Assembly (NCBI GenBank): GCA_031281695.1
Contig: JAITFB010000043.1
Span: forward strand, 1 to 43,197
DNA from: Candidatus Servula neotermitis
GTDB lineage: Bacteria; Actinomycetota; Actinomycetes; Actinomycetales; Bifidobacteriaceae
DNA: 43,197 bases
Reading direction: 5' to 3'
The stretch's first letter is position 1. Every line of letters starts with the position of its first letter. This document shows positions 38,764 through 43,197 of this stretch, piece by piece. The notes beneath the pieces are model-generated. The model saw only the letters and a program-made list of their open reading frames with translations, was not told where the DNA came from and did no database searches. A program made the position numbers and the translations under genes.

Positions 38764-39052
38764 GGTGCTTGAAACCGTTGTGATTCGGTAGCTTATAGTC
38801 TGTGGGAATAAGATATTTTGGATAGTTATTTTTGATTGAGGTAAAGGGTTTCAGCTCACGTTCATAAGTGGCGGGATCGAGGGCTGTTAATGCCGCTTGA
38901 TAGTATTCGGGCTCAGAATTGTCGTTCACGATAACAAAATCGATTTCATTAGCTCCGAGTTTGCCTACCCAAGCCTGTCCGTATCGGCGTAATAACTCAA
39001 AATTGATGACATTTTCAAGCTGATGTCCTAGATCAGTTTGGGGATTTAGTCC
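38685..39052. repeat. 368-bp direct repeat, copy A (msrB 3' end + ATPase 3' fragment)
   Basis: Aligns without indels to 40285-40652 at a constant 1600-nt offset. I counted about 25 substitutions by hand (~93% identity). Confidence 0.9.
38717..39052 (-). pseudogene. 3' fragment (~111 codons) of an AAA_14/DUF4143 ATPase gene, paralogous to 40317-41531
   Basis: Translates to [70 protein letters not shown]...LLSDTHIPR. This is nearly identical to the C-terminus of the intact gene. It has no N-terminal ATPase part and is cut off at the repeat boundary. Confidence 0.85.
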
Positions 39053-39171
39053 CCGAAGGTGGAGACGGCGGCGGGGAGATCGTGGCTGAAGGAACTCCCG
39101 AACAGGTGGCGAAAGTTAAAACGTCTTATACGGGAGAGTATTTGAAGCGGATGTTTGAAAGTGGGGAATGA
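39052..39171 (+). pseudogene. Remnant of the last ~39 codons of a uvrA-like excinuclease ABC subunit A gene
   Basis: [39 protein letters not shown] matches the conserved UvrA C-terminus (GPEGGdgGG.IVa.GTPEeVa....S.TG.yLk). There is no upstream uvrA sequence, and the segment is visibly more GC-rich than its flanks. Confidence 0.75.
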
Positions 39172-39281
39172 AATTTTGGCGATTAATTTTCCGGGCTTAG
39201 AAATGAAATTTAGTTCAGCTCATCTTCTTAGAGCTTTTTATTCAGACAACCAGACTAAACTGTTGGGGAAGGAAGGCTGAG

Positions 39282-40316
39282 ATGAAAAATGATCAAAAAC
39301 CTAGGCCAGGGTTCGCTTATCAAAATTTACCGTATCGGTTTCACGCATATTACAAAGACGGCGAATGGGATAGCGGTGAGTTAGTTCAGGACTCCGAAAT
39401 CAAATTGTCGGAAGCTGCGGTCTGTTTACATTATGGACAAGAGATATTTGAAGGACTCAAGGCGTATCGGAGCTCGGAAGGGAGTATTAATTTATTCCGT
39501 CCCCTTCTAAATGCTGAACGCATGCGTGATTCAGCCGAAAGAATGATGATGGCTCCTGTACCGACCGAGCTGTTCCTTCGCGCGGTCCAATCGGTTGTCC
39601 AAGCCAACCAGGAGTGGGTTCCTCCTTACGGAAAACAAGAGACTTTGTATCTCCGGCCTTTATTAATCGGAACTCAAGCGAAAGTTGGCGTAGATCCCTC
39701 CAGCGAATACTTATTCATCGTCTTTGCCACGCCGGTCGGTTCATATTACTCCGGCGATCTTAAACCAGGAAAATATTTGGTCTCCGATTTCGATCGGGCC
39801 GCGGGCTTAGGAACTGGAGCAGTCAAAACTGGCGGAAATTACGCAGCCTCGTTGTATCCATCCCATATGGCCAAAGCAGCTGGATTTTCGGACGCCTTGT
39901 TTTTAGATCCTTTAGAACATCGTTATATTGATGAAACTACCGGAGCGAATTTTTTTGGCATTACTAAAAGTGGCCAGTTTTTGACTCCTAAATCTCCCAG
40001 TATTCTTCCTTCGATAACCAAACGCTCGATTTTAGTTTTGGCTGAAGAAATGGGGCTTCATCCTGCCGAAACCAAAATTCCCATTGATGAAATCGACGAC
40101 TTTGTTGAAGCTGGGGCGATGGGAACTGCGGCAGTCATTTCGCCGATTGGTTCGATTACCTATCAAGAGAAAAAACATATCATCGGCTCAGAAACTACTG
40201 CAGGACCTTTCACCCAAAAATTACGCGACGAATTAATTGGCATCCAGTTTGGCGATATAGAAGACCGACACAATTGGCTTACGTCAGCTTGCGCTTCATT
40301 CCCCAAAAAGATTTGA
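39282..40316 (+). CDS. ilvE: Branched-chain amino acid aminotransferase (class IV)
   Basis: LHYGQEIFEGLKAY, YLRPLLIG and GAVKTGGNYAASL (catalytic Lys), with GGAAGGAAGG before the ATG. The last ~10 codons lie inside repeat copy B. Confidence 0.9.
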   Translation: MKNDQKPRPGFAYQNLPYRFHAYYKDGEWDSGELVQDSEIKLSEAAVCLHYGQEIFEGLKAYRSSEGSINLFRPLLNAERMRDSAERMMMAPVPTELFLRAVQSVVQANQEWVPPYGKQETLYLRPLLIGTQAKVGVDPSSEYLFIVFATPVGSYYSGDLKPGKYLVSDFDRAAGLGTGAVKTGGNYAASLYPSHMAKAAGFSDALFLDPLEHRYIDETTGANFFGITKSGQFLTPKSPSILPSITKRSILVLAEEMGLHPAETKIPIDEIDDFVEAGAMGTAAVISPIGSITYQEKKHIIGSETTAGPFTQKLRDELIGIQFGDIEDRHNWLTSACASFPKKI

Positions 40317-40652
40317 TTATCGAAGGCTATGGGTATCTGAAAGCAACCAATTTGCAGCATTAAGGTGTATGAAGCCGTTGTGATTCGGTAGCTTATAGTC
40401 TGTGGTAATAAGATATTTTGGATAGTTATTTTTGATTGAGGTAAAGGGTTTTAGCTCACGTTCATAAGTGGCGGGATCGAGGGCCGTTAATGCAACTTGA
40501 TAGTATTCGGGCTCAGAATTGTCATTCACGATGACAAAATCGATTTCATTAGCCCCGAGTTTGCCTGCCCAAACTTGTCCATATCGGCGTAATAATTCAA
40601 AACAGATGATATTTTCAAGTTGATGTCCTAGATCAGTTTGGGGACTTAGTCC
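40285..40652. repeat. 368-bp direct repeat, copy B (ilvE 3' end + ATPase 3' end)
   Basis: See copy A. It carries a non-functional, out-of-frame copy of the msrB tail and the functional ATPase C-terminus. Confidence 0.9.
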
Positions 40653-41531
40653 TAAAACAATGCGTCGCAACCCTAAATCAACTAAATAATATTTCTCAAC
40701 AGTTTCAAGCAGTTTATTCCCTTTGATATCAAATCGATTGGCTTGATATAAAACAAAAGAGTCTTGCAGAGCCCCGAGATATTTTTCGACACTTTTCGGA
40801 TCGATGTGAACGCTCTGGGTGGTCAATATTTTAGATATGCGCAGGGTCGAAAAAGGGTTGCCTATGTTTTGAAACATAAAGCGGGTTAAATTAAGAAAAT
40901 TGTTTTGGCTGGAGGGGCGTAATTTTTGAATAATGTCCTTTTCGACTACAGTAGCAAAAACTGAAGTTAAATATTTTTCAGTCAACTGATCTGATCGATG
41001 TTGAAAATAAAGTGGTTGAGGAAAACCAGTTTCGCTTAGGTAATCGAAAAGTAATTCTGATTGGCTTCGATTTGTGTTTGCGTTAGCTGCTTGATAATAC
41101 TCGGCGAATGAAAATGGAGTAACGTTGATCTCTATGTAACGTCCCGACAGTAAGGTGGCGAGTTGGGAAGAAAGTAAGAATGCGTTAGAGCCAGTTATAT
41201 ATAGGTCAACGTTTTTGAGTATGAATAAAGCATCTACTAATTTTTCGAATTCTGTGACGTGTTGCACTTCGTCTAATATGATGTAATTCATTTGTTCAGC
41301 GCGTAGCTGTGATGCAATCGTTGAGTAAGTATTTTGCCAGTCGTTAAGTTGAAATGACTGTGGGCTTTCAAAATTGTAGAAAATCACATTTTTGGATTGT
41401 TTGAGTAGGTCGAGTTTGTACATTTCTAAAATGGTAGATTTACCGCATCTACGAATTCCGGTTAGAACTTTAATTATGTGTTCATTTTTTAGTTGTTCCA
41501 ATTGCGATAGGTAAAATTCTCGGCGCAGCAT
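40317..41531 (-). CDS. AAA+ ATPase, AAA_14 + DUF4143 architecture (COG1373-like)
   Basis: 404 aa. VLTGIRRCGKST (P-loop), YIILDEVQH (Walker B) and the C-terminal ...LENIICFELLRRYG...GANEIDFVIV... typical of DUF4143. Confidence 0.85.
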   Translation of the reverse strand: MLRREFYLSQLEQLKNEHIIKVLTGIRRCGKSTILEMYKLDLLKQSKNVIFYNFESPQSFQLNDWQNTYSTIASQLRAEQMNYIILDEVQHVTEFEKLVDALFILKNVDLYITGSNAFLLSSQLATLLSGRYIEINVTPFSFAEYYQAANANTNRSQSELLFDYLSETGFPQPLYFQHRSDQLTEKYLTSVFATVVEKDIIQKLRPSSQNNFLNLTRFMFQNIGNPFSTLRISKILTTQSVHIDPKSVEKYLGALQDSFVLYQANRFDIKGNKLLETVEKYYLVDLGLRRIVLGLSPQTDLGHQLENIICFELLRRYGQVWAGKLGANEIDFVIVNDNSEPEYYQVALTALDPATYERELKPFTSIKNNYPKYLITTDYKLPNHNGFIHLNAANWLLSDTHSLR

Positions 41532-41547
41532 ATTTACATTTTACTAC

Positions 41548-41588
41548 TTTTTCCCAACTTTTCCGATTTTGCAAAGTTTTGGGAAAAA
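41548..41588. repeat. Inverted repeat / hairpin between the transporter stop and the ATPase start
   Basis: tttttcccaa (41548-41557) pairs perfectly with ttgggaaaaa (41579-41588). A further 4-bp inner helix (cttt/aaag) forms after a 2-nt bulge. It lies 16 nt upstream of the ATPase ATG on the minus strand. Confidence 0.5.
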
Positions 41589-41707
41589 CTTTTAATAAAG
41601 TTGGGCTGGCGTTTTCGAATTACTGCAAGAAATTCTCACTCAACTCATTGTATCCTGAAAACATTAGCTCCCAGACTTCATATTTCAGTTGAACTAATTC
41701 CTAATTC

Positions 41708-43123
41708 CTAACTCTTACTTTTGGGATTCTTCTGATCGTACTTAATAATATCTTGTAGTAAATCTTGAGGCAGGGAGGCCAGGGCTTCTTCGCGGGTGAT
41801 TTCGCCGGAGTTGGCGCGAGCCATAGTTTGGACATGTTGGTCTCGCAGTTTGTAAAGAAGCATGACTGGGATGCCAATGCAGATTCCGATGGCTGGAAAT
41901 AAGGTGAATAAAAACCAAATCGTGTCCACTGTAAAAGGAGTTTGGGAAACATTGGCTCCGGAAACGAAACCAGCGAAACCCAAAATAAACATGGCTCCGG
42001 CGGCCGCGATGGCGTTGAATAGTTTGAAAGTGAAACTTTGAATGGCGTAAGTTATGCCTTGCATGCGTTTGCCGCTGGTGAATTCGCCGTATTCAATTAC
42101 ATCGCCGGTGAAAGTCAGCTGGATTACTAAAACGAATCCCCAACAAATTCCTTTGAGGGCCAAGCAGCTGTAAAACAGAATGGGGTTGCTGTAGCCGAGA
42201 AAATAACTGAGAGCGCTAATAATTCCGGTTGCAGCGTAGAAAGTGATCAACATGTGAAACCGGTCGAAACGTTTGGACAAAGCTGGAACGACTGCGGCCG
42301 CTAATAACATGGGCGCGACTAATGCTAATACTAAAATCGAAACCAGCGCAGGATCGCCCAAACAATGTTCGGCCACATAAGGCGCGATGGCTTGGGTGGT
42401 GGCGCTAATGTTGAGCACAGTCAAAGCGATGAAATAAATCCACAAGTAGCGGTTGCCTTTGATGTAATTAGCCAACGATTTCAAATTGACTTCGCTGGTA
42501 TCTTTGTTGGTATAACGCTCTTGAGCGACGCGGGGGAACCAAATTAATAATAGTCCGCCGACTACCGCGATGACAATTCCAGCCACTAACCATCCGAAAT
42601 TTAGGTAAAGCTGCGGACCGACTATTGCTAAAACTAACGCCGCCAGCGCCACAAACAGGGTTCCGCGAGAAATCAAATGGGTGCGTTCCCAAACTTGGTC
42701 GGTCATAGCTGAGGTCATGGAGTAGATGGGCACGCCGCCGATGGTATAGCCTACATCGTAGAGTAAAAACGCCAACAAAGCCCAACCGACTTTGAACCAA
42801 TAAGGTAAATCCGACGGAATGGCGAACATAAAAATCGTAAATATGGGCAGTAAGAAACTAGCAGTTTTCAACCACGGCACGAAACGACCACTTTTGAATT
42901 TGAATCGGTCCACAATCAAGCCAAAAAGGGGATCGTTGATGGCGTCCCAGGTTCGAACGATAATGAATAAAACTCCGACAGTGACCGCGGTAATGCCGAT
43001 GTTGGTCAAATAGAGTTGTAAATACGAGCCGATGAATTGGTCGAAAACGCCACAACCGGCCATGAATATTATGAAAGCCACGCGTTCTTTGCGGGTTGTG
43101 CGCAAAATTGGTTTCTCCGCCAT
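41708..43123 (-). CDS. Glycoside-pentoside-hexuronide (GPH) family sugar:cation symporter (MFS)
   Basis: 471 aa with ~12 TMs. The GPH signature WDAINDPLFGLIVDRFKFKSGRFVPWL is present. A strong AAGGAGG lies 7 nt upstream of the ATG. Confidence 0.85.
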   Translation of the reverse strand: MAEKPILRTTRKERVAFIIFMAGCGVFDQFIGSYLQLYLTNIGITAVTVGVLFIIVRTWDAINDPLFGLIVDRFKFKSGRFVPWLKTASFLLPIFTIFMFAIPSDLPYWFKVGWALLAFLLYDVGYTIGGVPIYSMTSAMTDQVWERTHLISRGTLFVALAALVLAIVGPQLYLNFGWLVAGIVIAVVGGLLLIWFPRVAQERYTNKDTSEVNLKSLANYIKGNRYLWIYFIALTVLNISATTQAIAPYVAEHCLGDPALVSILVLALVAPMLLAAAVVPALSKRFDRFHMLITFYAATGIISALSYFLGYSNPILFYSCLALKGICWGFVLVIQLTFTGDVIEYGEFTSGKRMQGITYAIQSFTFKLFNAIAAAGAMFILGFAGFVSGANVSQTPFTVDTIWFLFTLFPAIGICIGIPVMLLYKLRDQHVQTMARANSGEITREEALASLPQDLLQDIIKYDQKNPKSKS

Positions 43124-43197
43124 AATTAACCTCCTTGGGTTGGATGCATTAATTTTAAGTTGCCGGTAAATACCTGTCTAGCAAATAATTGAGCCCA

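Overview
This is a 43.2-kb window from a compact, low-GC bacterial chromosome (about 40-45% by eye) with short or overlapping gene junctions. Most of it is core housekeeping: glyQS, dus, rnj, rplU-rpmA, nrdR-rplS-lepB, rsmD, clpC, pncB, murJ, efp-nusB-coaE, rpmF, cca, uppS, recO-upp, dnaX-recR, dtd and msrAB, plus tRNA-Gly(UCC) and tRNA-Gln(CUG). Four regions are not core. (i) A 6.6-kb gene encodes a ~2,200-aa secreted, wall-anchored protein with a signal peptide, a GLUG/beta-helix-like head, 17 Listeria-Bacteroides-type repeats, a Pro-Thr/Ser linker and three SLH-like modules. (ii) A cell-wall cluster runs murJ / two FemX-like transferases / a polytopic membrane protein, with tRNA-Gly only 12 nt downstream. 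(iii) An orphan 454-aa protein beside tRNA-Gln has a helical WXG/LXG-like N-terminus, a Gly/Ser linker and a Cys-His papain-like C-terminal domain. I consider this the best candidate for something undescribed (a secreted effector or toxin). (iv) At the accessory right end, a 1.23-kb uvrA-remnant + ilvE segment sits between two 368-bp direct repeats. This leaves an ATPase pseudogene fragment and a chimeric ilvE 3' end. Several conserved enzymes carry low-complexity insertions (msrAB, cca, uppS, dnaX) or lack accessory domains (rnj, RNase III, recO). I saw no CRISPR array, transposase, integrase, rRNA or prophage genes. All family calls rest on motif recognition from memory, no searches were run, and the taxon cannot be assigned from this window.
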